DNA from: Candidatus Latescibacterota bacterium
Lineage (GTDB): Bacteria > Latescibacterota > UBA2968 > UBA8231
Reading direction: 5' to 3'
Assembly (NCBI GenBank): GCA_965215195.1
Contig: CBDCDC010000002.1
Location: 1,344,001 to 1,408,000, forward strand
Length of the DNA stretch: 64,000 bases
Made by a program: the position numbers and the translations under genes. This document shows, one piece after another, positions 48,919-58,443 of the stretch. The notes under the pieces are model-generated. The model was not told the origin of the DNA, made no database searches, and saw only the letters and a program-made list of their open reading frames with translations. Each line of letters starts with the position of its first letter. Positions within the stretch are counted from its first letter, which is position 1.

Positions 48919-51114
48919 ATGCAAGACCGTGGCATTATCGCATACAAAGACAAGCTAGATCAGGTCATCGATCGCTATGGCGATTTTCTCGGCGATGAGG
49001 CGGCAAACCTCGCCCTAGAACACGGCATCCCCGCGGCCAAGGAATTGCAAGCAAACCTAACGGCCATTGAAGATGAAAACCGCCTACTCAAGATCGGCAT
49101 TGTGGGACGAGTCAAATCTGGAAAATCCTCCCTGCTAAACGCCCTGCTCTTCGCGGGGGAAAGCATCCTGCCCAAGGCCGCAACTCCCATGACAGCGTCC
49201 TTAACGACGCTTTCTTACGGGGAGAGCCAAACGGCCGAAGTGGAGTTTTTCACCCAAGAGGACTTGAGACATATTGAGGGCAAGTACAATGAATATAAGA
49301 CGCGAGAAGAGCGGCTCTACGAGAAATTTCTAACCGAAGAACAAGCAAAAGAGACTCGCTCGCGTAGGTCCCCAGAAGAGCGAGCGAGAAGTAAGGCCAA
49401 GCGGGCGATGGGGGATGGCAACGACGCATTGATCGCCGCTTATGAGCAATACGATAAAATCGAAAAATCCGGAATCAACACCAGGGCGCTCGAGAAAAAG
49501 ACCGTTCTCAAGTTTGCAAGGCTCGCCGCTTTGCGTGGTCAGTTGGATGATTACGTCGGCGCGACAGGCCGTTACATGCCCGTTACCAAAAGCGTCAACA
49601 TTCGGCTGCCGCAAGAGAATCTGCGGGATATAGAAATTGTGGACACGCCGGGTATTAACGATCCGGTTCAGTCGCGTGAGGCGCGAACCCAACAGCATTT
49701 GAGTCAATGCGATGTGGTGTTGATCGTCAGTCCCGCCGGTCAGTTTATGAGTTCGGCGGATCTGAACCTGATGGATCGCATTGCTGGGAAGGAAGGCATC
49801 CGCGAGCTATACGTGGTGGCGTCGCAAGCCGATACGCAGCTTTCCAGCAATTTGAAGGATGAAAACAACGGCGACTTGGATCGCGTGTTGGAGTGCCTCA
49901 CTACGGTGCTTGGCAGGCATCTGGAGGCGATCATTGGCGATTTGAAGAAGCGCAATCCCGAAGTGGGCACTACCTACGATCAGTTGCTCGATCAAGGTAA
50001 GATCATTCACACTGCGGGCATTTGCGAAAGTCTGAAGCAGAGTTTTGAGCAGAAAAATGCGTGGGATGCGGGGATGCAGCATGCTTGGGACTGTTTGTTG
50101 GCCGAGTATGGAGATTATTTCTCCGCTGAAGATGCGGAGTTGTCGCGCATCAATCTGGAGAAGTTGTCCAACATACCGCGCATTTGGGAAATCGTCGCCA
50201 ATGTACGCGAACGAAAGGACACCATAATCAAGGACCGCCAAACAGAGTACATCGGCGCAAAACGCCAGTCCCTACACGAGTTAAAAGACGGCTTGCTCAA
50301 GTATGCCAACCATCGGCATACTCAGATTGAGAATATGGAGCTTGAAAGCTTTAAGAAGCGGCGCGACCATTTGCACAAGCGTCTGGAAAGGACGGCTTAT
50401 CTGATTAGGGAGGCGCACGCGGAATCGGTTGATCAGGTTAAAAAAGACCTGAATGACAATTTTAGAAAGGAACTAGCAATTCGCGATCGGCAGGTCCAAG
50501 AGGATATCGCTGGAGCGAAAGGCGAAGAATATGAAAGTCATCCAACAGGTTTATTTAAGAGAGATAAGACAAGACGTATTGAGACTATCTACACGAATGC
50601 TGTCGTTTGGAGCTTGACGGAATCTGCTGACAAAATGATAGAGGAGATTGCCGAGAAAACAGACGCCCAAAAGGACCAGTGGCGGGGTAAACTCAATAAG
50701 GAGCTAACTAAAGTTTTGCAGCAAGAATTGGGCGATGAGGATGTAGAAGCATGGAGAGTCCGCGAGATTATCAGAAATGCCGTCAATTCCATATCCATCT
50801 CACCATTCAAACACAATACCCAATTGCCAGAGAAGCTGAGTTCTCAGGGTGTGTTGAGGGATAAGGACGCGAGGAATTTTTTTGATAAGGCATGCGACTA
50901 TTCTAAGGAATCTTGTAGCGACCTTCGCAAGAAGGTGAATCGGTACATCAAAGATCTCACCGCAGAGATGGGCAGAGTTGAGTTAGACAAGTTGCTGCTG
51001 GAAAAATTCAACGAGGAATTCGCTTCCCTTGAGGAGTCGATTGCCAAGAAGGAAATGGAGTTGAAGCGAATCGCCCGCATTAGGGAAGAACTGAAGGAGA
51101 TTGATAATGGCTAA
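48919..51114 (+). CDS. bacterial dynamin-like GTPase (LeoA-like)
   Basis: G1 GRVKSGKS, G2 PMT, G3 DTPG.ND, long helical C-terminus; start ATG 48919 (alternative GTG 48796). Confidence 0.82.
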   Translation: MQDRGIIAYKDKLDQVIDRYGDFLGDEAANLALEHGIPAAKELQANLTAIEDENRLLKIGIVGRVKSGKSSLLNALLFAGESILPKAATPMTASLTTLSYGESQTAEVEFFTQEDLRHIEGKYNEYKTREERLYEKFLTEEQAKETRSRRSPEERARSKAKRAMGDGNDALIAAYEQYDKIEKSGINTRALEKKTVLKFARLAALRGQLDDYVGATGRYMPVTKSVNIRLPQENLRDIEIVDTPGINDPVQSREARTQQHLSQCDVVLIVSPAGQFMSSADLNLMDRIAGKEGIRELYVVASQADTQLSSNLKDENNGDLDRVLECLTTVLGRHLEAIIGDLKKRNPEVGTTYDQLLDQGKIIHTAGICESLKQSFEQKNAWDAGMQHAWDCLLAEYGDYFSAEDAELSRINLEKLSNIPRIWEIVANVRERKDTIIKDRQTEYIGAKRQSLHELKDGLLKYANHRHTQIENMELESFKKRRDHLHKRLERTAYLIREAHAESVDQVKKDLNDNFRKELAIRDRQVQEDIAGAKGEEYESHPTGLFKRDKTRRIETIYTNAVVWSLTESADKMIEEIAEKTDAQKDQWRGKLNKELTKVLQQELGDEDVEAWRVREIIRNAVNSISISPFKHNTQLPEKLSSQGVLRDKDARNFFDKACDYSKESCSDLRKKVNRYIKDLTAEMGRVELDKLLLEKFNEEFASLEESIAKKEMELKRIARIREELKEIDNG

Positions 51115-53419
51115 GAGTACGCTGCATTCAGCCGCGGATCATCGCAGTTTTGATTCGTTGCGTTCAGAGCACGAGGAGTTGCAAAAAAAATACAAACTGG
51201 TCTCCGATCTGCTCACGGCCAAACCCAACAAACACGTAGAATTCGAGAAGTTCGAGCGCCTCTTGAACGAGGAGTTTCGGGCATTTGCTGATGCGGAGTC
51301 GTCGCTGGCCGAGGAAGCGGCCGCGGTGCAGCGCCTCGAAAAACTGGCCGAGCGGCTGAAAGAACTGGTGGTCTTTCCGCATCTTTTCGCCAAGCGATCC
51401 ATTGCCATTGGGGGCGGGTTCAGCAGCGGCAAGTCGGCGTTTGTCAACAGTTTTATCGAGGGACATGACCATTTGCTGCCGGAGCGAGTCGAACCGGCCA
51501 CGGCCATTCCTTCCTTCGTCATCGCCAATTCGGAACTGGTGATCAAGGGCTTTTCCCGCACCGGCGATACGGTGGATATCGACCCGACCCTGTACTCCCA
51601 ATTATCCCACAATTTTATCGATACCTTTTCTTTTAATCTCAAGGACATCATGCCTTCCATCACAGTAGAGGTTCCTTTGCGCGACAACTTGTTTGAAAAC
51701 CTCTGCTTGATCGATACGCCGGGCTACAATCCAGGGGGCCGGAATGAAGACCGCACTACGGCGGCTGATTTTCTCAAGGATCGAGATGCGCTCATCTGGA
51801 TTATTGGGTTGGATTCTACTGGCACGGTTCCCAAGGACGATTTGGAGTTTCTGGAGGATTTGGAATTGGGGTCTTTGCCGTTTTACGTGGTTTTGAACAA
51901 GGCGGACAGAAGACCCCGCAGTGAATTGGAGAAGGTGCTGAGCGAGGTGCAGGATACGCTTGCCGACGCGGATTTCGACCCTCTTGGAATCTGCGTGTAT
52001 AATTCCCGCCGCGGTGAGCAATTCTTAGATGATGGGATGTCGTTGGCGGACTTTTTCCGCGAGCAAAACCAACCCAAAGAAGCGAACACGGGCTTGAAGC
52101 AGGAGATTGAGGGCGTCTTTGAGATGTATGAGAATGCCATTCGCAAAGACGAAAGAACGGCCAAGTGGATGACAAACGAACTCAACGCTATCGACTTTCA
52201 TCTTTCTGAGTTGAGTCCTGACGATGCGGACGTTTTAGGGGAAAAAGTCAGCAAGCTCATCGACTCGCAAAAGAGAGATTTCGCGCCGATCAAGAAACAG
52301 ATGAGCGAGATCCGGCAAAAGATGCTCAGTGCCGTTGATGAAATTTTCCGGTCGCTGAACCTTGCCAAGCCGGAACGAACAGCGCGGGAAGCGAAAGGCG
52401 AGAGTGAGGAAAGAGAATTTATTGCGAAGATAGGTCGCAAGCCATCGCCGAATATCGTGTACAACAAAGGAGTGACCGACCTCCATCACGCTGGGCATCT
52501 GAATCTGCCTGTACTCGCTCAATCCCTGCTGGATCAGGGAGCCGACATCGAGGCAAAGGCCACACTACACGCCAGTATCTCGCCGCACCTTACGACACTT
52601 TTGGATAAAATGGGAATGGGAGACGATGAGTTTGAGCTAGAAGACAGTACGCCGCTGCACATTGCGGCGTTTGCAAATGCGCGGGAGACCGCCGAAGTCT
52701 TGATCCAAAACGGAGCCAACATCAACGCCAAAGACAACGAGGGCCGGACGCCGCTGCACTGGACGGCGGTGGGGAATGCGCGGGAGACCGCCGAAGTCTT
52801 GATCCAAAACAGAACCAACATCAACGACAAGGACAACGAGGGCGGGACGCCGCTGCACGCTGCGGCGTTTGCAAATGCGCGGGAGACCGCCGAAGCCTTG
52901 ATCCAAAACGGAGCCAACATCAACGCCAAAGCCAACAAGGGCTGGACGCCGCTGTACGCTGCGGCGTTTGCAAATGCGCGGGAGACCGCCGAAGTCTTGA
53001 TCCAAAACAGAGCCAATATCAACGCCAAGGACAACGAGGGCACTACACCGCTGCACGCTGCGGCGTTGGGGAATGCGCGGGAGACCGCCGAAGCCTTGAT
53101 CCAAAACAGAGCCGATGTCTATGCCAAAGCCAAGCATGGCGTTACGCCGCTGCACTATGCGGCGTTGGAGGATGCTTCGTCGGTGGCGGCGGTGTTGCTT
53201 GAGCAGGGAGCCGACATCAACGCCAAAGCCAAGCATGGCGGGACGCCGCTGCATGCTGCGGCGTTTGCAAATGCGCGGAAGACCGCCGAAGTCTTGATCC
53301 AAAACGGAGCCAACATCAACGCCAAGGACAACGAGGGCACTACACCGCTGCACGATGCGAAGGAGAATGGAGCTCGTGAAACAGCAGAGTTATTGATCCG
53401 CTATGGTGGCCAACGTTAG
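51107..53419 (+). CDS. dynamin-like GTPase (LeoBC-like) fused to C-terminal ankyrin repeats
   Basis: G1 GGFSSGKS, G2 PAT, G3 DTPGYN, G4 NKAD; ~9 ankyrin repeats (TPLH.AA...A.ETAE.LIQNGANINAKD); 8-nt overlap with upstream gene. Confidence 0.85.
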   Translation: MAKSTLHSAADHRSFDSLRSEHEELQKKYKLVSDLLTAKPNKHVEFEKFERLLNEEFRAFADAESSLAEEAAAVQRLEKLAERLKELVVFPHLFAKRSIAIGGGFSSGKSAFVNSFIEGHDHLLPERVEPATAIPSFVIANSELVIKGFSRTGDTVDIDPTLYSQLSHNFIDTFSFNLKDIMPSITVEVPLRDNLFENLCLIDTPGYNPGGRNEDRTTAADFLKDRDALIWIIGLDSTGTVPKDDLEFLEDLELGSLPFYVVLNKADRRPRSELEKVLSEVQDTLADADFDPLGICVYNSRRGEQFLDDGMSLADFFREQNQPKEANTGLKQEIEGVFEMYENAIRKDERTAKWMTNELNAIDFHLSELSPDDADVLGEKVSKLIDSQKRDFAPIKKQMSEIRQKMLSAVDEIFRSLNLAKPERTAREAKGESEEREFIAKIGRKPSPNIVYNKGVTDLHHAGHLNLPVLAQSLLDQGADIEAKATLHASISPHLTTLLDKMGMGDDEFELEDSTPLHIAAFANARETAEVLIQNGANINAKDNEGRTPLHWTAVGNARETAEVLIQNRTNINDKDNEGGTPLHAAAFANARETAEALIQNGANINAKANKGWTPLYAAAFANARETAEVLIQNRANINAKDNEGTTPLHAAALGNARETAEALIQNRADVYAKAKHGVTPLHYAALEDASSVAAVLLEQGADINAKAKHGGTPLHAAAFANARKTAEVLIQNGANINAKDNEGTTPLHDAKENGARETAELLIRYGGQR
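52649..53400 (+). repeat. 99-bp tandem repeat x8 (ankyrin)
   Basis: Units start at 52649, 52748, 52847, 52946, 53045, 53144, 53243, 53342. Confidence 0.95.
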
Positions 53420-53440
53420 CCGTCCACACACCTCATCCAA

Positions 53441-54760
53441 ATGAACGAAAACCAGCCTCACAAAGTTCACCTAGTCAGCTTGGGGTGCCCGAAAAACACG
53501 GTCGATTCCGAGCGGATGCTGGGGCTTTTGCAGGGCCATGCCTATCAGATGACGGACGCGCCGGAAGAAGCGGACGTGGTGGTGGTCAATACCTGCGGCT
53601 TTATCGAACCGGCCAAAGAGGAGTCCCTCGCCGCGATTATGGACGCGCATCGGCTCAAGCAAGAAGGTCAATGCGAGGGCGTGATCGTCACGGGGTGTCT
53701 ATCGACGCGCTACTACGAAGAGCTAGCGCAGGAGTTGGTGGAGGCCGACAAGCTGTTGACGATCGCCGACGAGGCCGACATCGTCCACCACGTTGACGAC
53801 GTGTTGGGCGTCCAGCGGCCCGATTACTTAGCTAGTTTGCCGCGCACCTCGCTGACGCCCAAGCACTGGGCATACCTGCGCATATCCGACGGCTGCGATC
53901 ACCAATGCGCCTTTTGCGCCATTCCCGCCATTCGCGGGCGGCACAAAAGCGAGCCGCTCGAACAGCTCGTGGCCGAGGCCGAGCGGCTGGCCGCGGAAGG
54001 GGTGCGGGAGCTGGTCTTGGTCTCGCAGGATTCAGTGCGCTACGGGGCCGATCTGTACGGCCGGCCCCAGCTCGTGCGCCTTTTGCAAGCCCTCGCCGAG
54101 GTGGAGGGCATTGAGTGGATGCGCTTGATGTACACCTATCCGGCGTTTTGGACCGAGGAATTGATCGACTTCTACGCCACATGCGACAAAATGTGCGGGT
54201 ACATCGACATGCCGCTACAGCACATTGCCGACCCGGTGCTCAAGCGCATGAAGCGGGCGACGACGCGCCAAAAGACGCTCGATCTGCTGGCGCGACTGCG
54301 GGAGCGGCTGCCCGGGGCCGGGCTGCGCTCGACGTTCATCGTCGGCTTTCCCGGGGAGACCGACGCCGATTTTGCCGCCTTACTGGAGTTTGTGGCCGAG
54401 ACGCGCTTCGACTACGCGACCGGCTTTCTCTACTCGCCGGAAGATGGGACCACAGCCTATGAGCTCGGCGATCCGGTCGCCGAGGAAATCAAGCAGGAGC
54501 GCTACAGCCGCCTGACGCAACTGCAAGAGCGCGTGGGCACGGAGAAAAACGACGCCCTAGTCGGTACGCGGCAGCAGGTCTTGGTCGATGCGCACGACGG
54601 GGCGGTGTGCTATGGGCGGATGGAGCGCGACGCCCCGGAAATCGACGGCCAAGTCATCATCGCCGAGGGCATGCCGCCGGTGGGTTCTTTCGTCGCAGTG
54701 GAGATCACGGCCGCCGCGCCCTACGAGCTGACCGCTAAGGTAGTGGGAGAGCCGCGTTGA
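53441..54760 (+). CDS. rimO: ribosomal protein S12 methylthiotransferase RimO
   Basis: SLGCPKN.VDSE, NTCGFI..AKEES, CDHQCAFC.IP, DAPEIDG. Confidence 0.95.
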   Translation: MNENQPHKVHLVSLGCPKNTVDSERMLGLLQGHAYQMTDAPEEADVVVVNTCGFIEPAKEESLAAIMDAHRLKQEGQCEGVIVTGCLSTRYYEELAQELVEADKLLTIADEADIVHHVDDVLGVQRPDYLASLPRTSLTPKHWAYLRISDGCDHQCAFCAIPAIRGRHKSEPLEQLVAEAERLAAEGVRELVLVSQDSVRYGADLYGRPQLVRLLQALAEVEGIEWMRLMYTYPAFWTEELIDFYATCDKMCGYIDMPLQHIADPVLKRMKRATTRQKTLDLLARLRERLPGAGLRSTFIVGFPGETDADFAALLEFVAETRFDYATGFLYSPEDGTTAYELGDPVAEEIKQERYSRLTQLQERVGTEKNDALVGTRQQVLVDAHDGAVCYGRMERDAPEIDGQVIIAEGMPPVGSFVAVEITAAAPYELTAKVVGEPR

Positions 54761-55074
54761 ACAAGGCAAAGCCACGCACCATCGCCGTGGATGACCGGGC
54801 CGGCGAATTGGTCATCGCGTGGAGCAATGGCCGCGAGAGCCGCTACGCCTTGGAGGGCTTGCGACGCGAGTGTCCCTGCGCCCACTGCCGGGAATTGCGC
54901 GACGCGAGCGAGGGCGGTTTGACGCTCTTACAGCCCGAGGCCGCGTCGGCTACGGCCGAAGTGCGGGGAGTTAGCTACGTCGGCCGCTACGGCATTCGCA
55001 TTGAATGGGCCGACGGGCACGATCACGGCATTTATACATTTGAGTTTTTTCGCGCTATCGACGCGGGCGGATGA
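54757..55074 (+). CDS. DUF971 / GBBH-like N-terminal domain protein
   Basis: LR.ECPCAHC, VGRYGIRIEW.DGH..GIY. Confidence 0.85.
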   Translation: MNKAKPRTIAVDDRAGELVIAWSNGRESRYALEGLRRECPCAHCRELRDASEGGLTLLQPEAASATAEVRGVSYVGRYGIRIEWADGHDHGIYTFEFFRAIDAGG

Positions 55075-55100
55075 GGCAAGGCGGGCTTGGGGAAGCTACC

Positions 55101-55496
55101 CTACCGCAACCACGCCTCAAGATATTCCTTTACGGCACCGCTTACATGAGGCGAATCGCTTATCTCTTTCCGCAGCCGATGCACTACTTTGAAAGGGAGA
55201 TTCCCAACTATGGCATACAGGTTAAGGAATTTCGGATTAATGGAAAACTCAATTTTCTTAGGATTGACTAACCCCACCGCGGTTTGATCTATATAGCGAC
55301 AATGATGGCTGAAGTCAGGCCATTCACTAGCTGAGACGATGATGTGGGGAGTATCTTGGGGAGCGACTCTATTGCGATTGCGGTAAACAACCGCAACCGC
55401 GACTTCTGGGGCCTCTGAGGGAAATGGCGTCGTAAGAACGACTAGCTCTGGATGAGAGGAACCTTTCGGAGAAAGACATAGCCCCTCCCAGTTCAT
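55101..55496 (-). CDS. candidate toxin paired with Panacea antitoxin (possibly PemK/MazF-like)
   Basis: 131 aa; ATGA overlap with Panacea gene; lower GC than neighbours. Confidence 0.55.
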   Translation of the reverse strand: MNWEGLCLSPKGSSHPELVVLTTPFPSEAPEVAVAVVYRNRNRVAPQDTPHIIVSASEWPDFSHHCRYIDQTAVGLVNPKKIEFSINPKFLNLYAIVGNLPFKVVHRLRKEISDSPHVSGAVKEYLEAWLR

Positions 55497-56074
55497 TTGA
55501 GGAGATCCAAGAGAGCCTGTCCTTTGAGACGGCGCAAGGTGAAGTTAATTTCCTCTTGTGATTTGCCTAGTGCGCTAAGAATATCGCGTACGGATAGGGG
55601 TATTCTGCGCTCTCCATACCGATCTTCATCGGGGTTTTGGTATTCCGGCAGATCGTGGCTCTCATCGCGCAGTTGCTGCCAAGATTTGCTCCCATGCTCG
55701 GCAAAAATCTCATCCGCTAGTGCTATTTCAAATTCGGATAGCTCATCCACAGCAGCAGGCTTAATCAGCTTGATGTGGTACTGGTCGCTCGGTGCAATGT
55801 GCTGCGACCAAACCCCCTCGTCTCTAGTAGAGACCCCTCTGGCTAAGTCCATAGTTGCACTGACCACAGGTCCATGGGGGAGAGAAAAATAAATGTCTGT
55901 CGAGACGGCTACTCCACGGCGATCAAAGGCTGCTCTATCAATGAGATAGATCAATTTGATCAGTGAAAGATGCGGATACGGCCTATTCACTTTACTGAGC
56001 AGGTACGCGGCAAGCTGAGTAGCTTTCCTCTCGTTAAAATAAGGACGGGTTGGGACCTGTTCGGATTGCATCAT
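55493..56074 (-). CDS. Panacea (SocA/DUF4065) domain antitoxin
   Basis: FNERKATQLAAYLL, LIKLIYL.DR, LPHGPV, LSEFEI, SHDLPEY. Confidence 0.82.
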   Translation of the reverse strand: MMQSEQVPTRPYFNERKATQLAAYLLSKVNRPYPHLSLIKLIYLIDRAAFDRRGVAVSTDIYFSLPHGPVVSATMDLARGVSTRDEGVWSQHIAPSDQYHIKLIKPAAVDELSEFEIALADEIFAEHGSKSWQQLRDESHDLPEYQNPDEDRYGERRIPLSVRDILSALGKSQEEINFTLRRLKGQALLDLLK

Positions 56075-56119
56075 GACCTCTTTACCTCCTGAGGGGGACT
56101 ATTATCCGATTAGATCGTG

Positions 56120-56148
56120 AACATATGAACACCTTTTCACCACGGCAA
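56120..56148 (-). promoter_or_regulatory. putative promoter of Panacea pair
   Basis: TTGCCG-17 nt-TATGTT on minus strand, followed by AGGAGG. Confidence 0.4.
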
Positions 56149-56358
56149 GTCTGTAGTATCCGTTTATGCGGTGCCCTATTCTTTAACATACATTTCTGGT
56201 TAGCTGTCCGTCAATTATTGACCTCTGCATTTCTAATGGAGTGGCGTTTCAACCTTGCTTCGCCTCAGATCGTATTCCTTTATCTATGCAGGTATCAATT
56301 AGGTGTGAAGGGCGGGCAGCTTTGGTAGCCGGTCCACAATGTATGTAATTCCCCTTTT

Positions 56359-58425
56359 TTACGCCGCCTGACGCGCCGGAACGTCGCGGGGCGCACGGGC
56401 GATCCACTGCTCGGCGAGGAGGAGGCCGAGGGCCAACAGCAGGAATTCGCGCCACAACTCGCGGCCGTGGCGGTTGCCCAAGACCGCGAGGCGCAGGTCG
56501 TCGCCCGGGCCGAGGAAGTGGACTTCTGCGTCTGCAAAAACGCTCCGGACGTACTCGGCTGCTACGGGCGCGAGCGCAGATTCGCGGGCGTCGAGGTTGA
56601 CGGCGAACGCATCAACGGCTGCGCCGGCAACGCGGAGTCGCCAGATGCCGGCCTCGCCGACTTGGGGAATTTTCCACAAGTATTGGCCGCCGACGCGCTC
56701 CGGCTCCAAGCGCAGGTGCTCGCCCGACGGCGTTTCGGCCTCTACGGCCGCTTCCATTGGCACATCGGCCAAGCGGCGATAGACCGTTTCCCCGACCAAG
56801 TAGGCAGCGCGGCGGTCGGACGGCAGGCTCAACTCGCGCACTAAGCGGTGCAGGAGGGGAGCGAACAGCCCGCGTTGGTGCAGGTCGTTCCACTGCGGGT
56901 CAATGGGGAAGGCCGCGAGCGCGACGCGCCCCTGCCCCTGCCAAGCTAGCGCCATGGCGAGTTGCCCGTCACCTAAGCGGGCCAAGGGCAAAAGGTCGGG
57001 CGCAGGGACCATGGCGAAATAGGCGTAGAAGCGCGGTTTATCTTGGCCGCTGGCGAGGAGGTCGTTGAAAAGCTGGTGGTGCGGCTCGTCCTCGTCTAGG
57101 ACTTGATAGGTGGCTGCGTTGCCGGGTGCGCCGATCCGCTCTTTGAAGCGCCCCGGAGTCAGGCCGGGCAAGAGATCGCGGTTGTAGTAGCCGAGGTCGC
57201 TGTGCGGCGCGGGAAAGAGGACTACGCCGCCGCCGCTGGCGACGAACTCGTCCAAGGCCGCCTTTTGCACTGCGCTCAGCCGCGCGAGGTTGCAGAGCAC
57301 GAGCACATGTACTCCGGCGAGGGTGCTGGCGTTGAGGTCGGCGAAGAGACCCGTGCGGATTTTCACGGCTGGATCGGAGAGGGCCGCCGCCCCGAGCGCC
57401 CGGCGCACGTAGTACGCGTCCTCGGGCCGCTCGCCCAACAGCAGCGCGGTGATGGCGGTGGGCAGGTCGAGCGTGAAGTAGCGGCGGTTGTCGAGCGCGA
57501 GCCCGTCGTCTGCGAGCGCGATGTGCCCACTTAGCCGCCCGGGCCGTCGCGGCGAGAAGCTGAGTGCTACTTGGGTCGTGCCCGGCGCTCCGGGATTCAC
57601 GCTTTGGCGGCGCACGCGCTGGCCATCGACAAAAAGGTCCAGCGTTGTGCCTTCACCGCTGTGTGCGATTTCGGCTTGCATGGCGACCTTGGCGTCGGCC
57701 GCGAGCATCCAACTCGGGGCCGCGACCCGCTTGACGTAGGCATTCGGCCGGGTCTGGGCGCGAGGGCCAGCCATATAGACGCGCGTACCAGCAAAGGACG
57801 GGACCGAGTCCTCAAGTTCATCCCAATTGTAGTGGGCCAAATCAGTGAAAATAAAAAGTTCGTGCGCTAGTGCGGATTCTTGGTTGAAGCGTTGGGCCGC
57901 CGCGTGCAAGGCCGCGCGCAAGTCGGTCGCCTCTTGCGTCGGCGCGAGTTCGGCAATGCGCTCGGCCAAGTGGGCGCGGTCGCCGGCAAAAGGAGCGTGG
58001 GGCCGTTGGGCAAAAGGCTGCACTGCCACTTGATCGCGCTGGGGCAAAACGGCCAGCAGATCGCCGAGCTGGCGTTGGAGCTGGTCGAAAAGGGAGCTGC
58101 TGTCGGAAGGCCGTTGGTAGCGGGTGCTGTACGACAGGTCCAAGAGCGCGTGAACGGCCACCGGGCGATTCCCACCGCCCCAGCCGCCGCCGGCTGTCGG
58201 CCGGGCAAAGGCGCAGACGATGAGCGCGACGATGAGCGTGCGCAGCAAGAGGACCAGCCACTGGCGCAACTGGAGCCGCCGCATGCGGTTTTGCTGTAAC
58301 TGGCGCAGAAAGGCGAAGTCGCTGAAAGGATGGGGCTGGGCGCGTCCTCGATGCAGCAGGTGGATGGCTAGGGGAAGGGCTGCCGCGACTAGTCCGAGGA
58401 GCAGCGCGGGATTGAGAAACTGCAA
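56359..58425 (-). CDS. BatA N-terminal domain plus vWA-like membrane protein
   Basis: FLNP.LL.GL...LP.AIHL, LLLRTL...FARP, LDLSYS, TDL, DNRRY, C-terminal ELWR.FL...E.WI. Confidence 0.82.
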   Translation of the reverse strand: MQFLNPALLLGLVAAALPLAIHLLHRGRAQPHPFSDFAFLRQLQQNRMRRLQLRQWLVLLLRTLIVALIVCAFARPTAGGGWGGGNRPVAVHALLDLSYSTRYQRPSDSSSLFDQLQRQLGDLLAVLPQRDQVAVQPFAQRPHAPFAGDRAHLAERIAELAPTQEATDLRAALHAAAQRFNQESALAHELFIFTDLAHYNWDELEDSVPSFAGTRVYMAGPRAQTRPNAYVKRVAAPSWMLAADAKVAMQAEIAHSGEGTTLDLFVDGQRVRRQSVNPGAPGTTQVALSFSPRRPGRLSGHIALADDGLALDNRRYFTLDLPTAITALLLGERPEDAYYVRRALGAAALSDPAVKIRTGLFADLNASTLAGVHVLVLCNLARLSAVQKAALDEFVASGGGVVLFPAPHSDLGYYNRDLLPGLTPGRFKERIGAPGNAATYQVLDEDEPHHQLFNDLLASGQDKPRFYAYFAMVPAPDLLPLARLGDGQLAMALAWQGQGRVALAAFPIDPQWNDLHQRGLFAPLLHRLVRELSLPSDRRAAYLVGETVYRRLADVPMEAAVEAETPSGEHLRLEPERVGGQYLWKIPQVGEAGIWRLRVAGAAVDAFAVNLDARESALAPVAAEYVRSVFADAEVHFLGPGDDLRLAVLGNRHGRELWREFLLLALGLLLAEQWIARAPRDVPARQAA

Positions 58426-58443
58426 GACGGGGAAGGGACTGCG

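Noticed and set aside
52649-53400. 99-bp repeats as a CRISPR array or DGR
   Set aside because: In-frame ankyrin coding units without spacers; no reverse transcriptase in the window
55071-55271. 66-aa plus-strand ORF after DUF971
   Set aside because: Overlaps the better-supported minus-strand Panacea partner; no motifs
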